A DNA stretch of 64,000 nt from an uncultured Rhodoferax sp. (GTDB taxonomy: Bacteria; Pseudomonadota; Gammaproteobacteria; Burkholderiales; Burkholderiaceae_C): the NCBI GenBank assembly GCA_964569855.1, contig CAZMXB010000002.1:18619-82618 (forward strand), written 5' to 3'. The notes below the pieces were generated by a model, which did not search any database, was not told the DNA's origin, and saw only the letters and a list, made by a program, of their open reading frames with translations. Numbering within the stretch: the stretch's first letter is position 1; the number at the start of each line of letters is the position of its first letter. Shown here one piece after another: positions 29,592 through 38,601 of the stretch. Both the position numbers and the translations under genes were made by a program.

Positions 29592-29667
29592 GCCACCTAA
29601 ACTAATCTGGTGAAAGTGACGGTCTGAAAAGCCGTAAAGTCAGGTTCGAAACCTGAAGGTGGCACCA
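29592..29667 (+). tRNA. tRNA-Phe(GAA)
   Basis: ACGGT-CTGAAAA-GCCGT, ACCA. Confidence 0.9.
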
Positions 29668-29755
29668 ATTTTTGGAGACGAGTTCGATCCTCGCCTAGAT
29701 GCAGCTTAAGTGCTGGTAGAGTGGAAGAATGGAACTTCACCAAAACATTTTCGAT

Positions 29756-29829
29756 AGCGGAGTATATTAACGGCAGATTATCAGTCTCATAAGCTGAAGG
29801 TATTGGTTCAACTCCATTCTCCGCTACCA
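29756..29829 (+). tRNA. tRNA-Met(CAT)
   Basis: CTCATAA loop, ACCA. Confidence 0.85.
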
Positions 29830-30041
29830 AAATTCCGTTTAGTCAAACGTAAAATGACTAGTATCCAATTGAACTACAGAGATTGGCGTGAAGAGAATCC
29901 TACGTGAGAATTCTTGAGGTTTATGTGATAGTCCGAACGTCTTTAGCTCGTGTTAAGGAATTTAATAATCACAACGGTCCGAGGTCTGGTCGAAAGCGGG
30001 TTGTAAGACCCGAGACTGATGCGTGATACTGCTTTAAGTAA

Positions 30042-30268
30042 TCCGTGGTTGGCAGATACCTCGCCATAGACAACTGCACGCAATGGTGGCGTAAGATCCA
30101 CTGAAGTCCCGGCCTGAATAACCGGGCGATAACATGTAGGTAGTGGTAGGCCTTCGACATACCACAACCAGTTCGTTGCTAGAAGATGAACCGAGCGGTT
30201 GGAGCTCGATATACCAACTTAGGTCTGCATGGTGCCGTGATCGATGCAAAACTGAAACTATCCACGGA
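30042..30268 (+). ncRNA. Unassigned multi-hairpin RNA
   Basis: TCCGTGG/CCACGGA closes at least six hairpins. Confidence 0.5.
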
Positions 30269-30286
30269 CAAAATACATGATTCTGA

Positions 30287-30359
30287 GGGCCTATAGCTCA
30301 ATGGTCAGAGCAGCGGACTCATAATCCGCTGGTTCACGGTTCGAGTCCGTGTGGGCCCA
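30287..30359 (+). tRNA. tRNA-Ile2(CAT)-type
   Basis: GGGCCTA acceptor typical of Ile; GCGGA-CTCATAA-TCCGC. Confidence 0.85.
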
Positions 30360-30367
30360 GAAATAAT

Positions 30368-30442
30368 GCCGGTGTGGGTCATTGATGGATCACCACGTTG
30401 CCAACGTGGATTAGGAGGGTTTGATTCCCTTCGCCGGCTCCA
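30368..30442 (+). tRNA. tRNA-Gly(GCC)
   Basis: CCACG-TTGCCAA-CGTGG, TCCA. Confidence 0.87.
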
Positions 30443-30516
30443 ATAAGTTACAATTGTTATCTGGACATACCTCCATGTGTATGGTAGAATTACTTTATCA
30501 ACTGGAGAAGCTCGAA

Positions 30517-30720
30517 ATGAACGAACAAGATTTGATCGGAAAAGAAGTTCGAATCAAGAACACTCGAGATCGTCGAGGTAACACCAAAGGCACGATCATA
30601 GATGCCAAGAAGACGATTAGTGGTTACACAATTGATGTTATACTTGATGGAAATCAAGGAGTTGCAAAGTTCTCGGCGCCTAGCCTTGAGGATTTGCTCC
30701 AGATGATCATCAAGAAATAG
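30517..30720 (+). CDS. Small early protein
   Basis: Own promoter, GGAGA RBS. Confidence 0.6.
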   Translation: MNEQDLIGKEVRIKNTRDRRGNTKGTIIDAKKTISGYTIDVILDGNQGVAKFSAPSLEDLLQMIIKK

Positions 30721-30722
30721 TT

Positions 30723-30794
30723 TTCCGGCTAGCTCAAGGGTAGAGCACGTTCCCTTAAAGGACGACGATGGTGGTTCGACTCCACCTCTGGGAT
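30723..30794 (+). tRNA. tRNA with TTA anticodon (ochre suppressor-type)
   Basis: CGTTC-CCTTAAA-GGACG; good D and T arms; weak acceptor, no encoded CCA. Confidence 0.65.
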
Positions 30795-30802
30795 TGATTT
30801 AC

Positions 30803-30893
30803 GGAGGATGAACCGGACAGGCGCGCCGGTCTCGCCTTGAAAGCGATGAGAGCCAGAAATGGCTTGGATTTCGAGTATACCCGTCCTCCGCCA
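30803..30893 (+). tRNA. tRNA-Ser(TGA), 8/4-type
   Basis: GGAGGATG/CGTCCTCC-GCCA, long arm. Confidence 0.83.
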
Positions 30894-30902
30894 TTTTGTT
30901 AT

Positions 30903-30976
30903 GCCCGGGTACGCTAATTGGCAGTGCGGCGATCCTCAAAAGTTCGTGGTTGGCGGTCCGAATCCGCCCTCGGATA
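30903..30976 (+). tRNA. tRNA-Leu(CAA), short variable loop, damaged 3' end
   Basis: CTCAAAA loop; acceptor mismatch next to endonuclease cassette. Confidence 0.7.
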
Positions 30977-31053
30977 AATCATAGTTAAGAGTTCGAATGA
31001 ATTAATCTGAACTCTAAGTATAGATAATCCATACCTAACAAATATGGATTTCT

Positions 31054-31713
31054 ATGAACTACAAGAGAATTTACGATTCAATCATTGACCGTGGGAAGAT
31101 CAGAGTTCCAGATGGGTATGTTGAAAGACACCATATAATTCCAAAGTGTCTTGGTGGTTCTGACGAAATGGATAATTTAGTTGCGCTAACTCCAGAAGAA
31201 CATTTCTTGTGTCATATTCTTCTGGTCAAGATTCACCCAGATAATTTCAATTTGATTCTGGCCGTTAATATGATGACCATGTCTTCAGAAGAACATAAAG
31301 GGAAAAGAACTAAACTGAAATTATACGGGTGGCTTAAGAAAAGATTTCAAGAAGCCATGAAAAGAAATACTACTGGTTCTAGAAATTCCCAATTTGGTTC
31401 TATGTGGATCACAAATGGAATTTCAAGTAAGAAAATTAAGAAAGATCAAGAGATTCCAGATGGATGGAGAAGTGGAAGGATTTATTTAACATATAAAAAA
31501 GTAAATAAGACTGGTACAGACCATCCGCATTACGGCACTAAATGGATCACAGATGGAATCTCAAATAAAAAGATCAAGAAAGGTCAAGATGTCCCAGACG
31601 GATGGAGAAGTGGAAAACTCGGACATCAATGGATCACAGATGGAATATTGAGTAAAATGATTGATCTTGACCAAGAGATTCCAAATGGGTGGGAAAAGGG
31701 AAGAAAATTTTAG
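31054..31713 (+). CDS. HNH homing endonuclease with three WIT(D/N)G repeats
   Basis: ERHHIIPKCLGG.D..DNLV.LTPEEHFLCH. Confidence 0.9.
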   Translation: MNYKRIYDSIIDRGKIRVPDGYVERHHIIPKCLGGSDEMDNLVALTPEEHFLCHILLVKIHPDNFNLILAVNMMTMSSEEHKGKRTKLKLYGWLKKRFQEAMKRNTTGSRNSQFGSMWITNGISSKKIKKDQEIPDGWRSGRIYLTYKKVNKTGTDHPHYGTKWITDGISNKKIKKGQDVPDGWRSGKLGHQWITDGILSKMIDLDQEIPNGWEKGRKF

Positions 31714-31719
31714 TTCAAT

Positions 31720-31793
31720 GGAAGGGCATGGTGAAGGTACTTTCTACAAGAAAGGTATCGGTTTGCGCAGACCACATCATGCAGCTTCCGCCA
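31720..31793 (+). ncRNA. Y-shaped RNA with tRNA-like GCCA end
   Basis: GGAAG/CTTCC-GCCA, GCATGGTG/CATCATGC, two hairpins. Confidence 0.5.
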
Positions 31794-31796
31794 AAT

Positions 31797-31870
31797 GCCA
31801 TCGTGCGCCAATTGGCAGAGCGGCCGTCCTTAAGAGTCGGCGGTTATCGGTTCGAATCCGATCGATGGTA
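31797..31870 (+). tRNA. tRNA-Leu(TAA), short variable loop
   Basis: CTTAAGA loop, type I body. Confidence 0.8.
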
Positions 31871-31877
31871 CAAATAC

Positions 31878-31962
31878 GCGCGTGTGGTGGAATGTAGACA
31901 CGCTGGCGCGAGAAGCCAGTTCCAGAAATGGAGTAGAGGTTCGAGTCCTCTCCTGCGCACCA
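31878..31962 (+). tRNA. tRNA-Leu(GAG), C33
   Basis: CTGGC-GCGAGAA-GCCAG, long arm, ACCA. Confidence 0.85.
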
Positions 31963-31971
31963 AAGTTCAAT

Positions 31972-32073
31972 GCGGAATGTCTACACCGGGTGCCAACGGC
32001 CGGAGTAGGAGTGGAAGAGTAAGCCATTCTAAGAAATGGAACTAGTCGTGCCTATTCACGGCCTTTCCGCCCA
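31972..32073 (+). ncRNA. Three-hairpin RNA with CCA end
   Basis: GCGGAA/TTCCGC-CCA and internal stems. Confidence 0.45.
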
Positions 32074-32084
32074 TAATTTTCAAT

Positions 32085-32162
32085 GCCACGATCGCATTTC
32101 TGGTGAGATCATCGCTCCTACAAAGCGATTCAGGACGGGTTCGATTCCCTCTCGTGGTACCA
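32085..32162 (+). tRNA. tRNA-Val(TAC), C33
   Basis: TCGCT-CCTACAA-AGCGA, ACCA. Confidence 0.83.
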
Positions 32163-32169
32163 CTTTAAA

Positions 32170-32264
32170 CCTCGATAGCACTGGCGTGCGGCGGTGATTT
32201 ATATCCACTGGAGAGTTGCCAGATTAGCGACAACGGGAAGGATCGTAACCTTCATCGAGGACCA
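32170..32264 (+). tRNA. tRNA-Ile(TAT)-like with long variable arm
   Basis: CCTCGAT/ATCGAGG-ACCA, TTTATAT loop. Confidence 0.65.
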
Positions 32265-32627
32265 TTTAATGCAACATTGTTTACAATTCAGTGCTGGACA
32301 AGGTCTTCGGGTTCTGGTATGATCTACCTATACCTTGGAGATACAGCAAATGAAGATGATGACCAGTTCGCAGTTCGAGAAGTTCATGTACAAAGCCATG
32401 ATTGTGTGGGGTTTGTTCTGGACCATCGTTGGTGTTCTGGTGATCTCGAAGTTGGTCTGAGGAATTGATATGAACATGCTGAACTCGAAGTTTTCGAAGC
32501 TTTCAAATTTTGAACTTCTTCTTGAGTACCGTGATCGCGTAAAGTACGATCCTTGCGGTTCTTCGGAGCCTGAGTATGAGCGCGATGAGCTCATGGAAGA
32601 AGTTTTGGCTCGTATGGCGTTAGGAGC

Positions 32628-32888
32628 TTGTTAATGAGCGGTGGCCACTTCGATTATAAGCAGTACCATATCGGCAGCATTGCCGATGAGATTGAGAAAC
32701 TGATCCAAGAGAACGGAAAAGTCGACTATCGAACCTGGTCGGAAGAGACCATCGCGCAATTCAACAACGCAATTGTTCTTCTTCGAATGAGTTCAGTTTT
32801 GGCTCAGCGGATCGATTGGTTGGTTTCTGGTGATGACTCCGAGAAGTCATTCCATGAAAGGCTTCAAGAAGATTTAGATAAGATGTAA
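32628..32888 (+). CDS. Conserved phage hypothetical protein
   Basis: MSGGHFDYKQY...RIDWLVSGDD motif. Confidence 0.7.
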   Translation: MLMSGGHFDYKQYHIGSIADEIEKLIQENGKVDYRTWSEETIAQFNNAIVLLRMSSVLAQRIDWLVSGDDSEKSFHERLQEDLDKM

Positions 32889-32909
32889 CAGATGTAAAGA
32901 GAGTGTTTT

Positions 32910-32990
32910 GCCCGCCAGTATACCCTGGAGCTTCTAACTCCTTGAAAGGTTAGCTGGATACACGCGGGTTCGAATCCTGCCTGGCGGGCA
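32910..32990 (+). ncRNA. D-armless tRNA-like RNA (TCT loop) within a ~20-bp terminal stem
   Basis: GCCCGCCAG/CTGGCGGGC, GGAG-CTTCTAA-CTCC, GGTTCGAATCC. Confidence 0.6.
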
Positions 32991-33021
32991 AAGCACTCTC
33001 TGAAACAAAGAAGTTTTAGGT

Positions 33022-33092
33022 GACTCCATAGCTCAATGGTAGAGCACCGCACTGTGAATGCGGGTACCTGGGATCGATACTCAGTGGAGTCC
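33022..33092 (+). tRNA. tRNA-His(GTG)
   Basis: CCGCA-CTGTGAA-TGCGG, C73, no encoded G-1. Confidence 0.85.
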
Positions 33093-33106
33093 CCTAAAAC
33101 TTCTAT

Positions 33107-33179
33107 AGCGGAATACTATCAATGGCAGAGGGTCAGCCTCATAAGCTGATGCGTCTTGGTTCGATTCCAAGTTCCGCTT
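33107..33179 (+). tRNA. tRNA-Met(CAT), no CCA
   Basis: TCAGC-CTCATAA-GCTGA. Confidence 0.8.
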
Positions 33180-33235
33180 AGTTGTTCTGGTGATTATGTT
33201 GGCATATAGATAGTTACCTAGTTTAGGAATTCTAT

Positions 33236-33952
33236 ATGTTTACTGTCTACAAAACTACAAATTTGCTGAATGGAATGTTTTACATTGGAGTTCATAAGAC
33301 AGATAATCCGAATGATGATTATCTTGGTTCTGGCGTAAGACTAAATAGAGCAATTAAGAAATACGGTTTGCTTAATTTCAAGAAAGAAATTTTATTTTCT
33401 TTTGGTTCGGTTCAAGATGCGTACGAAAAAGAAAGAGAATTAGTTTGTCAAGATTTAGTGAATTCTAAGATATGTTATAATTTGAAACTTGGTGGTAAAG
33501 GTGGATGGGATCATTTAGATTCTGCCACCAGGACACTCGCAGGAAAACTAGGAGCGGCTGCTTTATCCGCTAGATTATTGAATGACGAAGAATTTAGAAT
33601 GTCTGTTTCAAAATACAGAAAAGAACTTGCCGCAAAAAATGGCCCTCTAGTTCGTCATAGGAAAAATTTCAAACAAAGCGAAGAAACTAAACAAAAGATA
33701 AAAGATTCCTTGAAGAAGAGAATCCAAAATGGCGAAATTATTTCTCCTCCTTCTAATGTCGGCACTACTTGGATAACTGACGGAGTATCAAATAATTTAG
33801 TTAAAGATTTAGAAAATATTCCAAACGGCTGGAGAATAGGTAGAACTATCTCTATGAAATGGATCACTGACGGCATGAGCAATAAATTTATAAAATCAGA
33901 TCAAGAGATTCCAAATGGATGGAGATATGGTAGAATAATTTTGGCCTCGTAG
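33236..33952 (+). CDS. Seg-like GIY-YIG homing endonuclease
   Basis: Family N-terminus, two WITDG repeats. Confidence 0.88.
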   Translation: MFTVYKTTNLLNGMFYIGVHKTDNPNDDYLGSGVRLNRAIKKYGLLNFKKEILFSFGSVQDAYEKERELVCQDLVNSKICYNLKLGGKGGWDHLDSATRTLAGKLGAAALSARLLNDEEFRMSVSKYRKELAAKNGPLVRHRKNFKQSEETKQKIKDSLKKRIQNGEIISPPSNVGTTWITDGVSNNLVKDLENIPNGWRIGRTISMKWITDGMSNKFIKSDQEIPNGWRYGRIILAS

Positions 33953-34019
33953 CACAATGGATAGTTGCACCTGGCTTCGAACCAGGATGTTGGGAGTTCG
34001 ATTCTCTCCGAGGTCGCCA
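33943..34019 (+). tRNA. tRNA-Arg(TCG)
   Basis: CCTGG-CTTCGAA-CCAGG, GCCA; overlaps endonuclease stop. Confidence 0.88.
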
Positions 34020-34028
34020 AGTTTCAAT

Positions 34029-34166
34029 GGGTCGTGTACATGGGTACACATTATCTCTCAGATGAGGTATGGTGTAAGCTACCAGATGGGGTCTGAGGTG
34101 GAAGGAATTGATCAGCCTTCCGAGAAGCTGATTATGAGACGAGAGGTTCGAGTCCTCTACGATCCA
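34029..34166 (+). ncRNA. ~140-nt RNA with tRNA acceptor and T arm but enlarged body
   Basis: GGGTCGT/ACGATCC, AGAGG-TTCGAGT-CCTCT. Confidence 0.6.
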
Positions 34167-34179
34167 CACAATTTTCAAT

Positions 34180-34254
34180 GTCCCTTTAGTTCAACGGAAA
34201 GAATACGGTCTTGCGAAGGCCATGATCGAGGTTCGATTCCTCGAAGGGACGCCA
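34180..34254 (+). tRNA. tRNA-Arg(GCG)
   Basis: TTGCGAA loop, GCCA. Confidence 0.85.
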
Positions 34255-34259
34255 GTTTC

Positions 34260-34333
34260 GCCATCTTAGCATAATGCAGTGCATCTCCCTCGTAAGGAGA
34301 AAGGCCTCGGGTCATATCCGAGAGATGGCTCCA
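34260..34333 (+). tRNA. tRNA-Thr(CGT)
   Basis: TCTCC-CTCGTAA-GGAGA. Confidence 0.85.
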
Positions 34334-34339
34334 GTTTTG

Positions 34340-34413
34340 CCCATATAGTATAGTGACTATTACAAGCCCCTGGTACGGGTTAAACCGGAGTTTGATTCTC
34401 CGTTTGGGCACCA
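34340..34413 (+). tRNA. tRNA-Thr(GGT)
   Basis: AGCCC-CTGGTAC-GGGTT, ACCA. Confidence 0.83.
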
Positions 34414-34759
34414 ACATTTATCAATGGATCAACATGAAAGCTATCGAAGCCAAGGCAAAATCGACCGCCGTGCGCGACTGGACATAACCAAGAAGTTCTA
34501 TGGGAAGGAAGTGTACCAGCAGATTCTTCAGGCTACTCTTCTTGGCCACTTTCTTTGTTTCGTCAAAATTCCGTCCTACGTGGAACTGGACTCATTGCTA
34601 AACATATTGGCAAGTGACGGATATACCGCAAAGATATCAGAAGATCGCGGAACGTATACTCTGACTCTCGATTGGTCAAAAGCAACATAGTTTACAATTC
34701 AGTACTGGACAACTCCATGGCGATGTGGTATGATCTATCCATAGTCTAGGAGAAAGATC

Positions 34760-35080
34760 ATGACGAACAAGTTGGAAGGCAAGATTGGTCAGATCATGTA
34801 CACGATGTGCCGTGGTCAAATCGTCAAAGCCAAGTTGATCAGTCTCGGTACGCGAGATGTGCAGAGTGGTCTCTTCGGAGAAGGAACTTCGAAAGCAGTC
34901 TTCGAGTTCATCAATCATATCAATGGTGATACTGAACTCTGCCTTGAGTTTTTGGGCTGGTCGAGCAGCATCGTAGCTGGACAAACTTTTGTTGGTAATG
35001 AACATGGTCCTGAGCGTGCTGCCTACTACATGAAGGGCACCGAGAACGAATCCAAGTTGCTTGAACTTGCCGGAGCATAA
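34760..35080 (+). CDS. Early hypothetical protein
   Basis: Own promoter, AGGAG RBS. Confidence 0.65.
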   Translation: MTNKLEGKIGQIMYTMCRGQIVKAKLISLGTRDVQSGLFGEGTSKAVFEFINHINGDTELCLEFLGWSSSIVAGQTFVGNEHGPERAAYYMKGTENESKLLELAGA

Positions 35081-35319
35081 GATCATGATGACCTTCAAAG
35101 AATTCCAAGCGACAAAAATTGACACGAAGTTCGAAGATGGTCGTTTCGGCTATGAATACACCGATGGTCTTCAGATTCATCGGTGGGGCTTGACCGGAAC
35201 TGGTTATCCGTATTTGGAAATTGCTAACGAGTTCTATCAAGCTTCGCTTGAAGAGCTTGAGCTGATCCTTTACGGTTGGGCTCTTGAAGAAGGTTACTTT
35301 GGATACTATCTTGGGTAAC

Positions 35320-35405
35320 GGAATGTAAACCAGCTGGGAGCTGGGACTGTTTGCTAAACAGATCGGTCGGTTATGCCGACTACGGATCGAGACCGTTGCA
35401 TTCCT
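35320..35405 (+). tRNA. tRNA-Ser(GCT), 8/4-type
   Basis: GGAATGTA/TGCATTCC, ACGG/CCGT T stem. Confidence 0.85.
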
Positions 35406-35426
35406 CCCGAATTTACGGAGAACAAA

Positions 35427-35990
35427 ATGGGTCGTATTGTATCGGATTATGGAGTCAATGGAAGTCGGCCGGAGTCGGCCAATTTCTTTTTCCATGGGCT
35501 CGACTCCTCGCATGAATCTTCAAAGTACAAGGCTCTTCCGGCTCCGAAGATGTGCATCGACATGGACTTTTCTGCTCCAGATGAAATGATTGACCTGGTG
35601 CTTGATGTTTCACGGCCAGATGACATCTTTGTCGGTCATTCATTTGGAGCTCTTTGGGCGCTATGTGCAGCCGGCGCTGGCAAGTGTATTCTGATCAATC
35701 CGTCGTTTCGTCCTGATCGGTACTTTGGAGAAGGAGCAGATAAGGTTCTACGTCATCGGTATGAGGCGATGTATGACGGCGCATTCAAGTTTGCTTCTCG
35801 AGTCCAAGGAATTGCGCTGATCGAACTCGGTGATGAGGTTGTTGACCAGCGTCCTAATATCGAGCTTCTGTCGAAGTACATGGATGTTGAGGTATTCGAC
35901 GGTGGTCATCATCGGTTCAAGCGGGTTCACATTATTCCGAAGTATGTTTCAAGCCTTAGATACTCATATGTCGAAAAGGGAACTGACTGA
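35427..35990 (+). CDS. YqiA/YcfP-like alpha/beta hydrolase
   Basis: FFHGLDSS, GHSFG, LINP, GDEVVD, GGHH; start trimmed to ATG 35427. Confidence 0.82.
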   Translation: MGRIVSDYGVNGSRPESANFFFHGLDSSHESSKYKALPAPKMCIDMDFSAPDEMIDLVLDVSRPDDIFVGHSFGALWALCAAGAGKCILINPSFRPDRYFGEGADKVLRHRYEAMYDGAFKFASRVQGIALIELGDEVVDQRPNIELLSKYMDVEVFDGGHHRFKRVHIIPKYVSSLRYSYVEKGTD

Positions 35991-36647
35991 GGATGCTGCT
36001 GTTTTCGCTCGTGAAATTTTCATAGAATTACTTATTTTCAGTTTAGTCTCTGGAGAAACTACTCGGGATTTTCCTTTTAATCTAAGTTTTTCTTTAGTTT
36101 CTTCTGAGTGAAATTTTCCAATTCTATTCTTATTTCCAAGCTGGGCCTTACTTATATTTTCTTTCCATTCATCAGAAACCACTAAATTTTTTTTACTTTC
36201 CCTTATTTTAGCTTTAGTTTCATCAGATAAATGTTTCCCAATAAAATGAGTATTTGGTTTATTTTTCTTTCCTTTGCTTATATTAGTTTTATGTTCTTCC
36301 GATTTAGGACGACCAATGAGAGCATTGCTTAATTTAGATTTAGTCAAATCGCTTACTGGCATTTTACTACATCCGCCAATTCCTCCTGGCGCTAAATTGT
36401 AGCAATTGCCTAGAGAAATCATCTCATTTGTGACTAATTTTTGTTCTTCCTCATAAGCTAATTTATAGCTATCAAAAATAGATAAAATTTCTTTTTTGAA
36501 ATTGGTTTCTCCATATTTTTCTATAGCTAATTTAAGTCTTTTGCCTGATCCAAGATATGAATCATTCGGATTAGTTGTTTTGTGAACGCCTATATAGAAT
36601 TTTCCGTTTATGATATTAGTTGTTTTATAAACAGTAAAATATATCAT
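35964..36647 (-). CDS. Seg-like GIY-YIG homing endonuclease with NUMOD3 repeats
   Basis: Family N-terminus; HSEETKEK repeats. Confidence 0.88.
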   Translation of the reverse strand: MIYFTVYKTTNIINGKFYIGVHKTTNPNDSYLGSGKRLKLAIEKYGETNFKKEILSIFDSYKLAYEEEQKLVTNEMISLGNCYNLAPGGIGGCSKMPVSDLTKSKLSNALIGRPKSEEHKTNISKGKKNKPNTHFIGKHLSDETKAKIRESKKNLVVSDEWKENISKAQLGNKNRIGKFHSEETKEKLRLKGKSRVVSPETKLKISNSMKISRAKTAASSVSSLFDI

Positions 36648-36702
36648 AAGCGTTCACTATGATTTAAGATAATATATCTATAAATAGAATTTAGGGGCTA
36701 AA

Positions 36703-37293
36703 ATGCTGAGATTTGAACAGTTTGTCGCAGAGAAAGTTCTTAATTTATTTTTAGGAGATTCTCAAAGAGAAAAGTACGCCATGGATTGCTTTTCTCTATT
36801 ACGTAAAGCCTATGCAAAGATCGGCGGAATCCATGGAAGTGGATTCCGATCACCTGATGATATGGTCAAGAATTTGCCGATGTGGAAGCTGATCCGCCGT
36901 GGAGAATCCATTGTGGCCGGGTCATTCTATAAAGATAAGTCCGGCCGCAAGCGGGTTGCTGTATTCACTGATGGCACTCCAGAAGGAAAGGCCGGCTTGG
37001 CTATGATGGTCAAAGAAGATTTTGACCGAGCGTTCAATGAGACATCTGGTCCACTGCTTCGGTTCATGATCAAGGAAGTTGGTTTGGACTTCATGAAGAA
37101 GTATGTGATCTCTAGAGAGAATGCAGCTAAATTGCTGGCTCCAGACCAAATCCACAATATCGAAGCTGATGATCCTGAACTTGTGCTTCATCCGTATTTT
37201 GCCGACTATTTGTACCAGCGAGATATCGGCGGAGAAATGCATACAAAGGTAATGTTTGGCACACCTGGGAAGAAAATAGTTGTATCACTATGA
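36703..37293 (+). CDS. Late protein with capsid-targeting-like N-terminus
   Basis: TATAAATA upstream; MLRFEQFVAE. Confidence 0.65.
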   Translation: MLRFEQFVAEKVLNLFLGDSQREKYAMDCFSLLRKAYAKIGGIHGSGFRSPDDMVKNLPMWKLIRRGESIVAGSFYKDKSGRKRVAVFTDGTPEGKAGLAMMVKEDFDRAFNETSGPLLRFMIKEVGLDFMKKYVISRENAAKLLAPDQIHNIEADDPELVLHPYFADYLYQRDIGGEMHTKVMFGTPGKKIVVSL

Positions 37294-37301
37294 GGAGTTA
37301 G

Positions 37302-37742
37302 TTGATTATGAGCAAGATTCAAGAAGTAGAATTCAAGAACCATCTCGATCAAGTGATCCACCCTGGTGATAGGGTGATCGCTGTTGTTACTGGTTCCGGT
37401 CGAGGAGAACTTATTGTTGGCCGATATTTAGGAGTTAACGAGTCTGGAAATGTTTTTATGGAAGTAGTTCATCCATTTAAGAAACTGGTTCATAAAGATA
37501 CTGGAATTGATTTCTTTTTAGACAAGCGTCTTCCAGCATGGCCTGAATATCCTTCATTTGGAAGATACGGAACAAAAGAATACGACGAACAGCGTCTAGT
37601 ATATGACGCGAGAATTGAAGAAGTTCGTGTAGCTCGAAATAAACTTCAAGATGAAGAATATGTCGCGAAGTGGGAAACGCAGACAATGAAGACTACTCTT
37701 CAATTGAATAAGATTTATCCAGCCGATATTGGATTAAAGTAA
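37302..37742 (+). CDS. Hypothetical protein
   Basis: GAGGAG RBS. Confidence 0.6.
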   Translation: MIMSKIQEVEFKNHLDQVIHPGDRVIAVVTGSGRGELIVGRYLGVNESGNVFMEVVHPFKKLVHKDTGIDFFLDKRLPAWPEYPSFGRYGTKEYDEQRLVYDARIEEVRVARNKLQDEEYVAKWETQTMKTTLQLNKIYPADIGLK

Positions 37743-37892
37743 TGTTTGGCGGAAGATATGCAGATGATTTCGCTAAGGGCATTATCCTTTTGGCGCTTGG
37801 TTGTTTTGGTCTTGGTGTAGTTTCGGTTTTGTTGATTCCAATATTGTGGAATTGGATCAAACCATTATTCACGCTTGGACTTCATAGATTAT

Positions 37893-37966
37893 GCTCCCAT
37901 CGATTAATGGAAAATCACCGCTTTGACATGGCGGAGCCGCAGGATCGATACCTGCTGGGAGTACCA
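37893..37966 (+). tRNA. tRNA-Val(GAC)
   Basis: CCGCT-TTGACAT-GGCGG, ACCA. Confidence 0.87.
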
Positions 37967-38106
37967 GTTTTCTGATTCCGAAGATCGGAATGGCTTAAGA
38001 GTTTGAGCCATAATCAAGACTTATACGGCATGACTTCGGAACTCATGCCAGCCTTTATCCGAAATAGATAACATGAAGATTATCCAAACACAAACAAGGA
38101 ACCATT

Positions 38107-38520
38107 ATGTCTATTGAGAAAACTTTTGAATCCGTCGAGCGCAAGCAGTCAAGTCTGAAGAAAGAAGACCTTGGCGGAGCGCTTTTGACCACTGAGCAAA
38201 TGAAGGCTGCAATAAAGGCAGTCGGGATTGTTTTTCCTTCATCGGTTCAATTGAAGCGCCTGAAGCAGAAGCAGTCGGCAAATGTCCAGACTGAGTACTA
38301 TGAAGCTGACATCACATCACTTTTGCCTTCTGTTCTAGCTGTTTTCTTCAAGAAGATGATCATTGAAGCCGAGGTGAATTTCTTCTTGAAGGAAAACGCC
38401 TACACCGTAGTGTTCATGAGTGGTTGGGATCTTACCCGCGGCGGCCGCAATGGAACAGGCTCTATGGGAGCTCCTCGAGCGGTCTCTATGGACGGCGGCC
38501 AGACTTGGCAGAAGGACTAA
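38107..38520 (+). CDS. Hypothetical protein (late-motif driven)
   Basis: TAGATA upstream, AAGGA RBS. Confidence 0.65.
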   Translation: MSIEKTFESVERKQSSLKKEDLGGALLTTEQMKAAIKAVGIVFPSSVQLKRLKQKQSANVQTEYYEADITSLLPSVLAVFFKKMIIEAEVNFFLKENAYTVVFMSGWDLTRGGRNGTGSMGAPRAVSMDGGQTWQKD

Positions 38521-38601
38521 AGTTTACAATTCAGAGTGAAATAAAGCTGTACAAGGTCTCCAGTTGGTGGTAGAATACTTCTAACAACTGGAGATACAGA
38601 A

